Below are positions 42,034-52,962 of a DNA stretch of 64,000 bases, piece after piece. The notes under the pieces were generated by a model. The model was given only the letters and a program-made list of their open reading frames with translations, had not been told where the DNA came from and ran no database searches. Positions within the stretch are counted from its first letter, which is position 1. Each line of letters begins with the position of its first letter. The position numbers and the translations under genes are program-made. Origin of the DNA: a bacterium (GTDB lineage: Bacteria; Patescibacteriota; Dojkabacteria; JAKAPS01; JAJZLI01); contig JAJYFR010000002.1 in assembly GCA_021785355.1 (NCBI GenBank), positions 10,529 to 74,528 on the forward strand, given 5' to 3'.

Positions 42034-42684
42034 TTATTTACAAATAAGAGGAAGAGATTCATCTCCCCATAATCCATAGCCTGATCTGGGAGTAACATTA
42101 ATGCCTGTACTAGTGACTGTTACAGTAGGAGACTTGCCTCCAGAAAGATAGAAGACTCCACCTCCTTCTTTACAAAAACCCACAGTATATCCTAAAGGAT
42201 AACCTCCCACTCCTGAAGATGAAGATGAAGATACATAATCATTAAAATAAAAATATTGAGTTTGTGTTGCTGATGTAAAATTTGAAGGATTAGGATATCC
42301 ATCAAACCCTGATCCTCCTGCTGAAAACGATTGTTTTAAAATTGTAGGTTGTACAATCCAGGTATAGACGTTAGGAAAATTAATAGGTTGATAAATAGTA
42401 AAACAAACATTTCCCAGATTAGCAGATCCTGTACAGGAAGAATTCTGATTTTCAAACAATATATCAGAAGGATAGTAGTGATGAGTATTAAAATATGACT
42501 GGATATCTGTATTAATAGATGATATAGCTTGAGCTCTAATGCTATTTCTAGAAGCTATCTGGGCTCCATTTATACCTATTATTGCTACACTAATAAGGAT
42601 ACCTATTATTGCAAGAACCACAAGTATCTCTACTAAACTAAAAGCTTTTTTGGATATATATAATTTTTCCTTAATTTTTAGCAT
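42034..42684 (-). CDS. Type IV pilin-like protein
   Basis: Prepilin motif 'KKAFSLVEILVVLAIIGIL'. Confidence 0.9.
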   Translation of the reverse strand: MLKIKEKLYISKKAFSLVEILVVLAIIGILISVAIIGINGAQIASRNSIRAQAISSINTDIQSYFNTHHYYPSDILFENQNSSCTGSANLGNVCFTIYQPINFPNVYTWIVQPTILKQSFSAGGSGFDGYPNPSNFTSATQTQYFYFNDYVSSSSSSGVGGYPLGYTVGFCKEGGGVFYLSGGKSPTVTVTSTGINVTPRSGYGLWGDESLPLICK

Positions 42685-43546
42685 AACAAATATTATCTAT
42701 TTTATATCACAAACTATATGTTAATAAAAGGAGAATTCACTAAAAATACTTCTACTATAAGTAATACATTTAGTTTTAGTTTAATTACAAGAAAATGTTG
42801 AAATCGACGTACTGTTATTAGGTATAAGTCCCCATAAATGATAAGAAGAAATACGATTTGCAGGAACAGAGATTGTCACACTATTCCCAGTAACATTCAT
42901 ATCCATTCCTAGACCTCCTTTCAAAACACTAACGCCTCCTCCTTCTTTACAAAAACCTAATATATATCCTTGAGGATATTGATAATTATTTTGATCATAA
43001 ACTAAATCAACATAAAAAAATTGTGTTGTTGAAGGAGTTGTAGCTCCGTTATAATTACTAACTCCTTCGGATTGAGTATATCCATCAAATCCAGAATAAG
43101 ATATCAATGGAGGTTTAGATAGACTTGTATCATAAACAACCCAAAATCTTCCTGTTGTAGAATATGTAGGAGGATATATTCCTAAACATATTCTTGATGT
43201 ATCAGTAAAATTTCCATTCTGAGACTGACATGAAGAATAAGAAGATCCTGTAAAATTTGCCTTATTAGAAAACCAAATATCAGAAGGATAGTAGTGATGA
43301 GAACTAAAATATGATTGAATATCTACATTAATAGCAGATATAGCTTGAGCTCTAATGCTATTCCTAGAAGCTATCTGTGCTCCATTTATACCTATTATTG
43401 CTACACTAATAAGGATACCTATTATTGCAAGAACCACAAGTATCTCTACTAAACTAAAAGCTTTTTTGGATATATATAATTTTCTCTTGATTTTGAGTAT
43501 AATATACATTGTTTATTTTATATCACAAACCATATGTTAATAAAAG
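42461..43546. repeat. About 270-bp direct repeat (42461-42730 / 43277-43546, offset 816 bp)
   Basis: Near-identical pilin 5' ends and upstream DNA, ending in ATGTTAATAAAAG. Confidence 0.85.
42781..43509 (-). CDS. Type IV pilin-like protein (tandem paralogue)
   Basis: Same prepilin N-terminus; shared 'GFCKEGGGV'. Confidence 0.9.
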   Translation of the reverse strand: MYIILKIKRKLYISKKAFSLVEILVVLAIIGILISVAIIGINGAQIASRNSIRAQAISAINVDIQSYFSSHHYYPSDIWFSNKANFTGSSYSSCQSQNGNFTDTSRICLGIYPPTYSTTGRFWVVYDTSLSKPPLISYSGFDGYTQSEGVSNYNGATTPSTTQFFYVDLVYDQNNYQYPQGYILGFCKEGGGVSVLKGGLGMDMNVTGNSVTISVPANRISSYHLWGLIPNNSTSISTFSCN

Positions 43547-44628
43547 AAGCATTAACTTACGATGATATATTACTCTCCCCTCAAAGATCCAAAATAAAGA
43601 CAAGAAAAGATACAGATACAAAAACCAAATTAACTAAAAATATCTCTATAAATATCCCTATTGTTAGTGCAAATATGGATAGTGTGACTGAAAGTTCTAT
43701 GGCTATACATATGGCACTTGAAGGAGGAGTAGGAGCTATACATAGAGTAATGAGTATAGAAAAACAAATAGAAGAAATAAGTAAAGTTAAAAACTATGAA
43801 TTTGATAAAAATAATTATGAACTTGCAAATACAGATAAAGAAGGAAAACTTCTAGTTGGAGCATCTTTAGGTATACGTATGAATCCTAAAGAAAATTTAA
43901 AACAATTAATAAAAGCAGGTGCAGATTTTATAATTATAGATGTAGCTCATGCACATTCAGAAAGTGTTATAGAACTAGTAAAAGAAATAAAAAAAGAATA
44001 TAGAGAAGATATTGAATTGATAATTGGTAATATTGCAACAGCAGAAGCAGCAAGAGATTTTTTAGAATTAGACGTATCTGGAGTAAAGGTAGGTATAGGA
44101 CCTGGATCAATTTGTACAACTAGAATTGTAACAGGAGTAGGTGTTCCTCAAGTAACAGCTATTGATGATGTATATTCAATCTTAAAAGAAAGCTCTATTC
44201 CTATTATCGCAGATGGAGGAATAAGAAATTCCGGTGATATTGTAAAAGCTCTAGCTCTTGGGGCATCTAGTGTTATGATAGGAAATTTATTTGCAAGATG
44301 TGAAGAAGCTCCAGGAGAAATAGTTATAAAAGATGGAAAAAGATATAAAAATTATAGAGGAGAAGCATCCTTTTCAGAAATAAAAAAAAGATTTGAAATA
44401 GATAAAAGAAATGATATTAAAAATATAACCCCTGAAGGAATTGAGGGTATAGTTCAAGTGGTAAGCAATGTTGAAGACACAATTAGAAATCTTGTGGGAG
44501 GTATAAGATCAGGGTTAAGTTATTGTAATGCATATAACCTAGAAGAACTAAGAAAAAATGCAAAATTTTTAAAAATCACAAATGCTGGATTAATAGAAAG
44601 TAACTACCATGATATTATTAAATTATGA
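43534..44628 (+). CDS. guaB: IMP dehydrogenase/GMP reductase family protein without CBS domains
   Basis: 'LTYDDILL', 'SANMDSVT', '[11 protein letters not shown]', 'IADGGI', 'PEGIEG'. Confidence 0.85.
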   Translation: MLIKEALTYDDILLSPQRSKIKTRKDTDTKTKLTKNISINIPIVSANMDSVTESSMAIHMALEGGVGAIHRVMSIEKQIEEISKVKNYEFDKNNYELANTDKEGKLLVGASLGIRMNPKENLKQLIKAGADFIIIDVAHAHSESVIELVKEIKKEYREDIELIIGNIATAEAARDFLELDVSGVKVGIGPGSICTTRIVTGVGVPQVTAIDDVYSILKESSIPIIADGGIRNSGDIVKALALGASSVMIGNLFARCEEAPGEIVIKDGKRYKNYRGEASFSEIKKRFEIDKRNDIKNITPEGIEGIVQVVSNVEDTIRNLVGGIRSGLSYCNAYNLEELRKNAKFLKITNAGLIESNYHDIIKL

Positions 44629-45014
44629 GTTATGACAAAGAACAATTACAGAATGATACCTTAAGAAATTTAAAAGAATCTTCTTTGAGTGAAGAAGAAA
44701 AAACTAAAATTGCAAAAGATTTTTTTGCTGCAGTAGCTGAAGAAAAAGAAAATAAATCTATAGATAAACTTAATATTTTTTATGATTATCTAAAAAGTTT
44801 CTTTCTTCCTATATATGGTTTCGTTATTGGAATAAAAAAAATAACAGAAGAGGATTATATTAACGGTGTAATTTGCATAATTTTAAATATAATAGAAATC
44901 ATACTTATAATATCTTCTCTTTCAGGGTTATTCTCTACAAAAGGTAGCATTTCTCAAATAAGTAAGGGTATAGGAGGAGGATATAAATCCATAAACACTC
45001 CAATAGGAAATTAG
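44625..45014 (+). CDS. Hypothetical membrane protein
   Basis: 129 aa, two hydrophobic segments, ATGA overlap with guaB. Confidence 0.6.
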   Translation: MSYDKEQLQNDTLRNLKESSLSEEEKTKIAKDFFAAVAEEKENKSIDKLNIFYDYLKSFFLPIYGFVIGIKKITEEDYINGVICIILNIIEIILIISSLSGLFSTKGSISQISKGIGGGYKSINTPIGN

Positions 45015-46870
45015 ATATATTCAAAATCTACACAATCCTCAGAGATATCAGAGAGAAATCTTGAAGGAGTATTTGATTGAGGATAACCATATAATGACCT
45101 TTGTTGAGCAAATGTTAAAAATAATTTTTCCTTTGCTCTTGTCATTCCAACATAACATAGACGTCTTTCTTCTTCCATTTCATTAATACTTTGAAATGAT
45201 CGTGAATGAGGAAATATATTTTCTTCCATTCCTGCTATAAATATATTTTTAAATTCCAATCCTTTTGCTGAATGAAGAGACATTAAAGTTACATAATTTT
45301 TATTATCTTCAGTTTCTAATTCTTCTTTTTGAACTAAAGCTATATCTGTTAAAAATTCTTCTAATGTTCCATATTTAGAACTAACTCCAATAAATTCTTC
45401 TAAATTTTCTAATCTTGATATACCAACCTCACCTTCTTCCTCTAACATAGGGATATATTTTATTTTTTTTAATACATATTCTAATAAATTTTTTATATCA
45501 AATTCAGATTTTTTTGAAAGGATATCCTCCATTATTGATACAAACATAAAAACAGGTTTAGGTAAACTTTCTTTAAAAGAAAATATATACTCTCCTAAAG
45601 ACATATTAGAATTTAGTGCTAATTTATCTAATTTTTCTAAAGTAGCTTTTCCTATCTTTCTTTGAGGAACATTTATAATCCTCTTCAAAGAAAGTGTATC
45701 ATTTCTATTCTCTATAAATCTAATATATGCTATTAGATCTTTAATTTCTTTTCTTTGATAAAATTTCATTCCACCATATACTTTATATGGGATCTTATGT
45801 CTTAAAAATACTTCTTCTATAGCTCTTGATTGAGCATTAGTCCTATATAAGACAGCTGTATCACTAAACTCATCTAAATATAATATTTTATTTGCAATAT
45901 AACGAGATTCATCTTCTTCATCATAAGCCTGATAAATCTTAATTAATTCTCCTAGCTGATTTTCTGTCCATAATTTTTTTTCATATCTTAATGTATTTTG
46001 AGAAATAACCGATTCAGAGGCTTTAAGTATATATTTTGTAGATCTATAATTTTGTTCTAATTTTATTATCTTACCAGTAGGATAATCTATCTCAAAATTA
46101 AGAATATTTCTAATATCTGTACCTCTCCAAGAATAAATATTTTGATCAGGATCTCCTACAAAAAAAACATTGTTTTGTGATATTAATTTTAATAATTTAT
46201 ATTGTATAGTATTTGTATCCTGATATTCATCAACTAATATATACTTAAATCTACTTGCCAAAGATTTTCCAAATTCTTCATTAGATAATATAGTTTCTAA
46301 GCTTTTAAATAACAGATCATCAAAATCCATAGCATTATTCTCTTCTAAGGTATTTTGATAAGCTTTATATACATTATGTACATTCTCTTCGAAAAAATTA
46401 GAAGGTGTATAATCTTGAGGTTTTATAAAATCATTTTTTGCTCTCGAAATACCTGTGAGAATAGAGGAAGGATTAATACTAGAATTTAAATTCATCTTTT
46501 TTATTATGTCATTTACAATTTTTTTCTGATCATCTTGATCAAAAATTGAAAAATAACGATCTATTCCATATTTATATCCTTCTGTTTTTAATATATATAA
46601 AAATACAGAATGAAATGTCCCCATATATGGGAAAGATATCTTATCACCTAAAAGATGATTTATTCTTTCTTTTATTTCATTAGATGCTTTATTTGTAAAA
46701 GTAACAGAAAAAATAGAGAAAGGAGATAAATTTAACTCTTTTATTATATAAGCAATTTTATAAGTCAGAGTTTTTGTTTTTCCTGAACCTGCACCTGCTA
46801 TAACTAATAAAGGAGTATTTATATCTTCCAGTACAGCTTCTCTCTGTTTATCATTTAAGTCTTCTAACAT
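45011..46870 (-). CDS. pcrA: ATP-dependent DNA helicase PcrA/UvrD
   Basis: 'AGAGSGKT', 'TFTNKA', 'DEYQD', 'LEQNYRST', 'HSAKGLEF', 'EERRLCYVGMTRA'. Confidence 0.95.
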   Translation of the reverse strand: MLEDLNDKQREAVLEDINTPLLVIAGAGSGKTKTLTYKIAYIIKELNLSPFSIFSVTFTNKASNEIKERINHLLGDKISFPYMGTFHSVFLYILKTEGYKYGIDRYFSIFDQDDQKKIVNDIIKKMNLNSSINPSSILTGISRAKNDFIKPQDYTPSNFFEENVHNVYKAYQNTLEENNAMDFDDLLFKSLETILSNEEFGKSLASRFKYILVDEYQDTNTIQYKLLKLISQNNVFFVGDPDQNIYSWRGTDIRNILNFEIDYPTGKIIKLEQNYRSTKYILKASESVISQNTLRYEKKLWTENQLGELIKIYQAYDEEDESRYIANKILYLDEFSDTAVLYRTNAQSRAIEEVFLRHKIPYKVYGGMKFYQRKEIKDLIAYIRFIENRNDTLSLKRIINVPQRKIGKATLEKLDKLALNSNMSLGEYIFSFKESLPKPVFMFVSIMEDILSKKSEFDIKNLLEYVLKKIKYIPMLEEEGEVGISRLENLEEFIGVSSKYGTLEEFLTDIALVQKEELETEDNKNYVTLMSLHSAKGLEFKNIFIAGMEENIFPHSRSFQSINEMEEERRLCYVGMTRAKEKLFLTFAQQRSLYGYPQSNTPSRFLSDISEDCVDFEYI

Positions 46871-46871
46871 A

Positions 46872-47792
46872 TTAAACTACGTATAATGTGGTAAATGAAA
46901 CTAATATGTAAATAACAATTGCTATTAAAATGGATTTATCTCTAAACCAAATAGTTTCTGGTGTATCAGCAGTTTTCTTTACATATATATTATACATATA
47001 TCTTGCAAGAATATAAAATGCAATAGGTATTGTAAATTTAAACCAATGTGGATTCTTTAAATGACTTGGCAAAAAAACAGATACAGTAGAAGGTGTCTTT
47101 GAATATACATCTTCATTATAAGAAAATAAAATATATGAAAGAAATGTTATAGCTGCTGTCATTGAAATAAGATTGTCTAATAATTCTTTTGGATATAAGC
47201 CTAATACAGATCTGTGTACTACTGCATTTTTAAAATTCATCATTGTAACCTCAGCTCTTCTTTTCCCAAATGCTATAAATAAAGATGCACAAATTATAAA
47301 TATAACAAACCAAGAATTAATAGCAAATCCAACAACTATCCCTCCAGCTAAAACTCTCAGAACAAAACCAGATGCAGTTGTAAGAGAATCTATTATTAAA
47401 ATATTTTTAAGATAAATAGAATAAGATATAAATAATAAATAATAAAATATATAGATTAATAATAAATATTCACTAATAAAAAAAGAAATGATGAATCCTA
47501 TCAAAAACATTATTATTGAAAGAATTATAGCCGAATTTCTATCTACTTTTCCTGAGGCAAGAGCTCTTTTTCGTTTTACAGGATGAAGTTTATCCCTTTT
47601 ATAATCGATTACATCATTTATCAAATAAATAGCAGAAGAGACAAATATAAAAGATATAAAAGTATAAAAAACAATTATAAAATCATGGATATTATATAAA
47701 TCCTGATCAAAAAATAAAAAACTGAAAACCAATAAATTTTTAATCCATTGATTAGGTCTTAATGCTAAAAAATAATTTTTTAAAGTATCCAT
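46872..47792 (-). CDS. UbiA-family prenyltransferase (decaprenyl-phosphate phosphoribosyltransferase-like)
   Basis: 'RPNQWIKN', 'YLINDVID...DKLHPVKRKR.LASG', 'GFVLRVLAG', 'KRRAE'. Confidence 0.88.
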   Translation of the reverse strand: MDTLKNYFLALRPNQWIKNLLVFSFLFFDQDLYNIHDFIIVFYTFISFIFVSSAIYLINDVIDYKRDKLHPVKRKRALASGKVDRNSAIILSIIMFLIGFIISFFISEYLLLIYIFYYLLFISYSIYLKNILIIDSLTTASGFVLRVLAGGIVVGFAINSWFVIFIICASLFIAFGKRRAEVTMMNFKNAVVHRSVLGLYPKELLDNLISMTAAITFLSYILFSYNEDVYSKTPSTVSVFLPSHLKNPHWFKFTIPIAFYILARYMYNIYVKKTADTPETIWFRDKSILIAIVIYILVSFTTLYVV

Positions 47793-47833
47793 AAAGTAAA
47801 GTAAATAGTATAAGTATATATTATAATATATTT

Positions 47834-49051
47834 ATGTTTAAAATTATAATAAAATCAAAAAAAGGAAGTACATCTATTCTTTTCATACTGCTCTCTTTGA
47901 GCCCTTTATTCTTAAATATTGCATATACAAAAAAAGCATCAGTTATAATAAAAACAAATATATTAATAAATACAATAGATAATATAATACACAAAGGAAA
48001 TCTTAAAAATACTTGGAACAATCTTTCTTTAACTGAACAAAAAAAATTTATTAACTACAAAGATTTTAAACAATTCATAATTAATAAATATTACCCTTTA
48101 GATATTACAATTAAAAATATAAAATATCGCAAAGAAACATATAAGATATTATTTCAAATTAAAAACAATAATAAATATCATATTCCCAGTTTTTATAATA
48201 CTCATTATTTTACTTTTTCTTTGAATAAAAATAATAAATTGAAAAATTTAGGGATATTTTCTCCAAATACACCTATAATCTCATACAGTAAAAATACTAA
48301 TTTAATAATAAAAATTCCAATATTAATGCTACACAGGGTTTCTCCTATCTACCCTAAAAGAAATTTATATTCTTCAGAATATGCTTATCTTTTAGACTAT
48401 AATCTGACACTTCTTTCTCAAAGTTTTAATGCTCAATTACAATATTTAAAAAATAATCACTATAATAGTATAACTCTTACTAGACTTTATGATTTCTACT
48501 ATTACAATTTACCCTTACCTCAAAATCCAATTATAATCTCTTTTGATGATGGAAGATTAAGTGATTTTAAATATGCACTTCCTTTACTTTTGAAATATCA
48601 TTTCAAAGCAGAGTTTAATATTATTACAGGTTTTGTTGGTTCTATAAATAAAACACAAAAATACATGAATTGGAAACAAATAGAAACTTTGTATAAAGAT
48701 GGTATGGAAATAGAATCTCATACTGTCACTCATGTAGCACTAGGAATATTAAATACAGCAGAGATAAATTATCAATTAATAATATCAAAAGATACTATTC
48801 AGAAGAAACTTAATAGCTCTGTTCAATTTATTGCCTATCCAGGTGGATCTCCTTTTAGAAATAATAATATAAAAAAAGAACTTGTACTAGAAAATAGATT
48901 GAGATTTTATGGATATATAGCAGGATTAGTAGATCAAAATTTCAATAGAAATATGCAAAATTTAAATAATTCTTTTGGACTTTTCAGATTAAGAGATTCG
49001 AATATTTCTCTTTCAGAGTTTATTAAATTTATAAGCGAGAATACAATTTAA
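47834..49051 (+). CDS. Polysaccharide deacetylase (CE4)
   Basis: 'IPILMLH', 'ISFDDG', 'ESHTVTH', 'IAYPGG'. Confidence 0.88.
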   Translation: MFKIIIKSKKGSTSILFILLSLSPLFLNIAYTKKASVIIKTNILINTIDNIIHKGNLKNTWNNLSLTEQKKFINYKDFKQFIINKYYPLDITIKNIKYRKETYKILFQIKNNNKYHIPSFYNTHYFTFSLNKNNKLKNLGIFSPNTPIISYSKNTNLIIKIPILMLHRVSPIYPKRNLYSSEYAYLLDYNLTLLSQSFNAQLQYLKNNHYNSITLTRLYDFYYYNLPLPQNPIIISFDDGRLSDFKYALPLLLKYHFKAEFNIITGFVGSINKTQKYMNWKQIETLYKDGMEIESHTVTHVALGILNTAEINYQLIISKDTIQKKLNSSVQFIAYPGGSPFRNNNIKKELVLENRLRFYGYIAGLVDQNFNRNMQNLNNSFGLFRLRDSNISLSEFIKFISENTI

Positions 49052-50810
49052 TAAAAAGATCACTAGGAATTTCAATTTGACCGAACATCAAAGATCTTTT
49101 CTTTCCCTTTTTTTGTTTCTCTAAAAGTTTTTTCCTTCTAGTTGGATCTCCTCCATATAATTTTTGAGTAACATCTTTTCTAAAAGGTTTTATATCTTCT
49201 CTTGCAATAATTTTCCCATTTACAGCTGCTTGAATAGCTATAGAAAAGTTTCTTCTAGGAATTATATCCACCATTTTCTTAGTATATTCTTTTGCTACTT
49301 TATCTATTTCTGAAGAATGCACTAATAATGATAGAGGTTCTATTTTTTCATGATTAATAAGAAAGTCTAATCTTTCAATATTAGATTCCTTATATGAAGA
49401 AAAATAATAATCCATAGATGCATCACCCGAAGTTAAAGATTTCAATTCATCAAAAAAATTGTATATCACAGATGATAAAGGGATATCGAAATTAAGAAGT
49501 ATCCTCTCTAATCCTAAAGATGAATTATAAAAAGAAGAATTGATAAATTCTCCTCTTTTTGAAAGAACAAATTCCATAATTTTACCAAATAAGGATTTTG
49601 AAGTTACTATATCTAATTTTGCATAAGGTTCTTCTATTTTATCTAATAAGGATAAATCAGGAAGATCTTGTGCTTGAGAAATGTTATATTGTTGATTATT
49701 CTGAAGAATAACTTTATATTCTACAGAAGGAAAACTCACAAATATATCTATATCATACTCTCTACTTAATCTTTCTTTAATAATATCCATATGTAAAAGA
49801 CCTAAGAATCCACATCTATATCCAAAACCTAAAATAGAATTATTTATAGGTGCATAAGTAAAAGAAATATCATTAATTGAAAGTTTTTCAACAGCTTCTC
49901 TAAATTTTGATACTGAACTTACATCTAAAGGATAAATTGATGAAAACACCATACTTTTTTCATTCTCAACTTGGTATAAAGGTTTATCTTCTAAATCTTT
50001 AATTAGTGTGTCTTTAACTACAACATCTTTTATGTTTTTTAATCCTGTCGATATATACACAACTTCTCCTGCAAAAATTTCCTTTTTAGGTATTAGTGTA
50101 TCTTTAATTACCCCTACATCTAAAATATTAATTTCTTTTTTATTAGACGCAAAATATAATTTTTCAGGGACGGTAAGTTTTCCATCTAATACTTTGACTA
50201 AAAGTACAACTCCTCTATAGTCATCAAAAAAAGCATCAAATACGAATCCTCTAAAATTACCATCTCTACTGCCTTGAGGAGAAGGGATTCTTTCAATAAT
50301 AGTATCTAATAATTTTTCTCCTCCAAATCCTGTTTTACCTGATGTTTGTATTATTTCTTCTTTTTTAAAACCTAATATATTTACAATCTCATCAATACTT
50401 TTATCAATATTAGCTCCATCTATATCTACTTTATTTAAAACAGGTATAACAGGTATACCTAAATCAATTGCTTTTAAAAAATTGCCTAATGTTTGAGCTT
50501 CAATTCCACCCATAACATCAATAAGAAGTAAAGCTCCATCTGAAGCCATTAATGAACGAGATACTTCTCCTGAAAAATCTACGTGTCCAGGTGTATCAAT
50601 TAAATTAAGAGTATACCCTTTGTACTCCATTCTTATGGTCTGAAGCTTAATAGTTATTCCTCTTTCCCTTTCTAAATCCATATTGTCTAAATATTGATCT
50701 TTGAGGTCTCTTTTCTCCACAGTATTAGTAAGTTTTATAAGGGTATCAGAAAGAGTAGATTTACCATGATCTACATGAGCAATAATAGAGAAATTTCTTA
50801 TTTTATCCAT
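49029..50810 (-). CDS. lepA: Elongation factor 4 (LepA)
   Basis: 'RNFSIIAHVDHGKSTL', 'GFLGLLHM', 'KLYGGD.TR..KLLEKQKKGK'. Confidence 0.96.
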   Translation of the reverse strand: MDKIRNFSIIAHVDHGKSTLSDTLIKLTNTVEKRDLKDQYLDNMDLERERGITIKLQTIRMEYKGYTLNLIDTPGHVDFSGEVSRSLMASDGALLLIDVMGGIEAQTLGNFLKAIDLGIPVIPVLNKVDIDGANIDKSIDEIVNILGFKKEEIIQTSGKTGFGGEKLLDTIIERIPSPQGSRDGNFRGFVFDAFFDDYRGVVLLVKVLDGKLTVPEKLYFASNKKEINILDVGVIKDTLIPKKEIFAGEVVYISTGLKNIKDVVVKDTLIKDLEDKPLYQVENEKSMVFSSIYPLDVSSVSKFREAVEKLSINDISFTYAPINNSILGFGYRCGFLGLLHMDIIKERLSREYDIDIFVSFPSVEYKVILQNNQQYNISQAQDLPDLSLLDKIEEPYAKLDIVTSKSLFGKIMEFVLSKRGEFINSSFYNSSLGLERILLNFDIPLSSVIYNFFDELKSLTSGDASMDYYFSSYKESNIERLDFLINHEKIEPLSLLVHSSEIDKVAKEYTKKMVDIIPRRNFSIAIQAAVNGKIIAREDIKPFRKDVTQKLYGGDPTRRKKLLEKQKKGKKRSLMFGQIEIPSDLFIKLYSRL

Positions 50811-50816
50811 ATTGGA

Positions 50817-51059
50817 TTATTTTACTTTTTGAGAAATTTTAGAAAATCTACTCTTGATTCTTGAAGCTTTATTTTTATGAATAATATTTTTCTTTGCCAT
50901 TTTATCTATAATTGAAAAAATAGCAGGTAACTTATTTTCTTTAGGTTCCTTTAGAAAATCTTTTTTCTTCATATCAAAATCTATTCTAAAACCATTATTT
51001 AAAAAGGTTCTTCTCTTTGTTCTTCTTACGTCTTTTTTAGATGATTTTATATTTGCCAT
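50817..51059 (-). CDS. rpsT: 30S ribosomal protein S20
   Basis: 'MANIKSSKK...IIHKNKASRIKSR'. Confidence 0.94.
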   Translation of the reverse strand: MANIKSSKKDVRRTKRRTFLNNGFRIDFDMKKKDFLKEPKENKLPAIFSIIDKMAKKNIIHKNKASRIKSRFSKISQKVK

Positions 51060-51096
51060 AATTTATGTGTAAGTATACTAGAAAAATAAAAGTTAT

Positions 51097-51486
51097 TCAA
51101 ATTTTGTTCTGAGATATTATACTTTCTACCTCATCTATGATTTGATTAGGTAAAATATTAGATTTAAGAAAATAACCTGCAGCACCTAATTGAAAAGCAT
51201 TCTTGATGATTTCATCATATCCCAAACTGGTCAACATAAATACAGGTGTATTACGCGCAGGACTACCTTCTGCTTTAATATCTTTTAGAATATCAATTCC
51301 AGATTTTTTAGGAAGCATTATATCTAAAAGAATTACATCAAATGTTCCAGATAATGCTGTTTTTATACCTTCTTCTCCATCTGAAGCTGAAGAAACATTA
51401 TACCCTCTCTGCGTAAAAAATTGGGTATACAAATCTAACAGAAATAAATCATCTTCAACTAATAATATTTTTTTATTATTCTCCAT
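51097..51486 (-). CDS. Single-domain response regulator (receiver only)
   Basis: 'ILLVEDD', 'LLDIMLP', 'MLT', 'YFLK'. Confidence 0.93.
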   Translation of the reverse strand: MENNKKILLVEDDLFLLDLYTQFFTQRGYNVSSASDGEEGIKTALSGTFDVILLDIMLPKKSGIDILKDIKAEGSPARNTPVFMLTSLGYDEIIKNAFQLGAAGYFLKSNILPNQIIDEVESIISQNKI

Positions 51487-51499
51487 AAACTAAAAAATA

Positions 51500-52438
51500 T
51501 TATACATTAATTGGAAGTAAAAATGAAAAGGTTGAACCATGTCCTATTTTACTATCTAAAATTAACTTTCCTCCATGCATATTTATTATACTCGACGATA
51601 TATATAGACCTAAACCTGTTCCACTAATATTTCTTACATTTATAGAATTAGATCTAAAAAATTTAGAAAATATTTTCTTTTGATCCTCATAAGATATACC
51701 TATTCCATTATCTTTTACAGATACATTAATAAATTTTTCCTCTACTTTCACCGAAATCTTTATAACACCGCCCTCAGGAGTATAATTTATAGCATTAATT
51801 AATAAATTATTTAAGACTTCTTCAATTTTCAACTTATCTGCAAAAACAATAATATCTTTAACATTATGTGTCTCAAACAATATAGTTTGTTTTTTTAAAT
51901 CAGCATCATTTATTAAATTTTCTCTTACCTCTTCTATTAAATCTAATATATTAAATTTCTCTTTATTTAAAGATAATTCATTATTCTCAATTTTAGTTAT
52001 ATTTAGTAAATTCTCAACTAATGAAAATATTTGATCTGAAGAATTTTCTATTCTTTTTATATACTCTTTGACATCATTTGTTATTTTTAAAGAGATATCT
52101 TTATCATTTAAAAGAAGATCTGTATATCCTTTAATAACGGCTACAGGTGTTTTTATTTCATGAGCAGTAATTGAAATAAAATCATTTTTCTTTAGATTTT
52201 CAGATTCCTTCTTATTAATCTTTAATATACCTGATTTTCTACATTTACCCTCTTTCTTTATATTTAAAATAACATCACTCAATGATATATATATAAAAAG
52301 TATAATAATACAGAAAATTATCCAGATAATGAAAAAGAAAGAAGAGAAAGATGATATATTATTACTTAAAAAATATCCAAGTATTATAAATATTAAAAAA
52401 ATTACAGATATTTTAAATATATTATACGTATCATCCAT
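51500..52438 (-). CDS. Sensor histidine kinase
   Basis: 'AHEIKTP', 'NLLINAINY', 'DNGIGI', 'GTGLGL'. Confidence 0.93.
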   Translation of the reverse strand: MDDTYNIFKISVIFLIFIILGYFLSNNISSFSSFFFIIWIIFCIIILFIYISLSDVILNIKKEGKCRKSGILKINKKESENLKKNDFISITAHEIKTPVAVIKGYTDLLLNDKDISLKITNDVKEYIKRIENSSDQIFSLVENLLNITKIENNELSLNKEKFNILDLIEEVRENLINDADLKKQTILFETHNVKDIIVFADKLKIEEVLNNLLINAINYTPEGGVIKISVKVEEKFINVSVKDNGIGISYEDQKKIFSKFFRSNSINVRNISGTGLGLYISSSIINMHGGKLILDSKIGHGSTFSFLLPINV

Positions 52439-52554
52439 ATACCAATTAGTATATATAAAAAGAAAAAAATCTACAATATCAATAAAAATATATGTATATT
52501 AATGCTCAGCATTTGATTTATATGTAAGATAGAATATATAATGCTAAGTAGTTA

Positions 52555-52962
52555 ATGGAAAAAATATATAGTTTATATACAGATGCAGGTTCAAGAGGTA
52601 ATCCAGGAAAGTCTTCCTATGGATTCTTTATTTTTGAAGATCAAAAACTTCTAGATTTTGGTGGTCAATATTTAGGTATTAGAACAAATAATCAAGGAGA
52701 GTTTATTGCAATGCAAAAAGGAATAGAACTTGCAATAAAGCTTGGAATTAAAAATCTTGATTGTTTTAGTGATAGTCAACTTCTAATAAGGCAATTAAAT
52801 GGTATCTATAAAGTTAAAGATATGACTCTAAAATCAATATTAAATGAAATAAATATATTAAAATATCAATTTGAAAAAATAACATTTACTCATGTTTTTA
52901 GAGAAAATAATAAATTTGCAGATAAAATGGTTAATTTAATTCTAGATGCACAAGGATTATGA
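52555..52962 (+). CDS. rnhA: Ribonuclease HI (archaeal/actinobacterial type)
   Basis: 'YTDAGSRGNPG', 'TNNQGE', 'SDSQL', 'RENNKFAD'. Confidence 0.9.
   Translation: MEKIYSLYTDAGSRGNPGKSSYGFFIFEDQKLLDFGGQYLGIRTNNQGEFIAMQKGIELAIKLGIKNLDCFSDSQLLIRQLNGIYKVKDMTLKSILNEINILKYQFEKITFTHVFRENNKFADKMVNLILDAQGL

Noticed and set aside
42034-43509. Diversity-generating retroelement TR/VR pair
   Set aside because: No reverse transcriptase in the window; the repeat covers the 5' constant region; differences are not adenine-specific.
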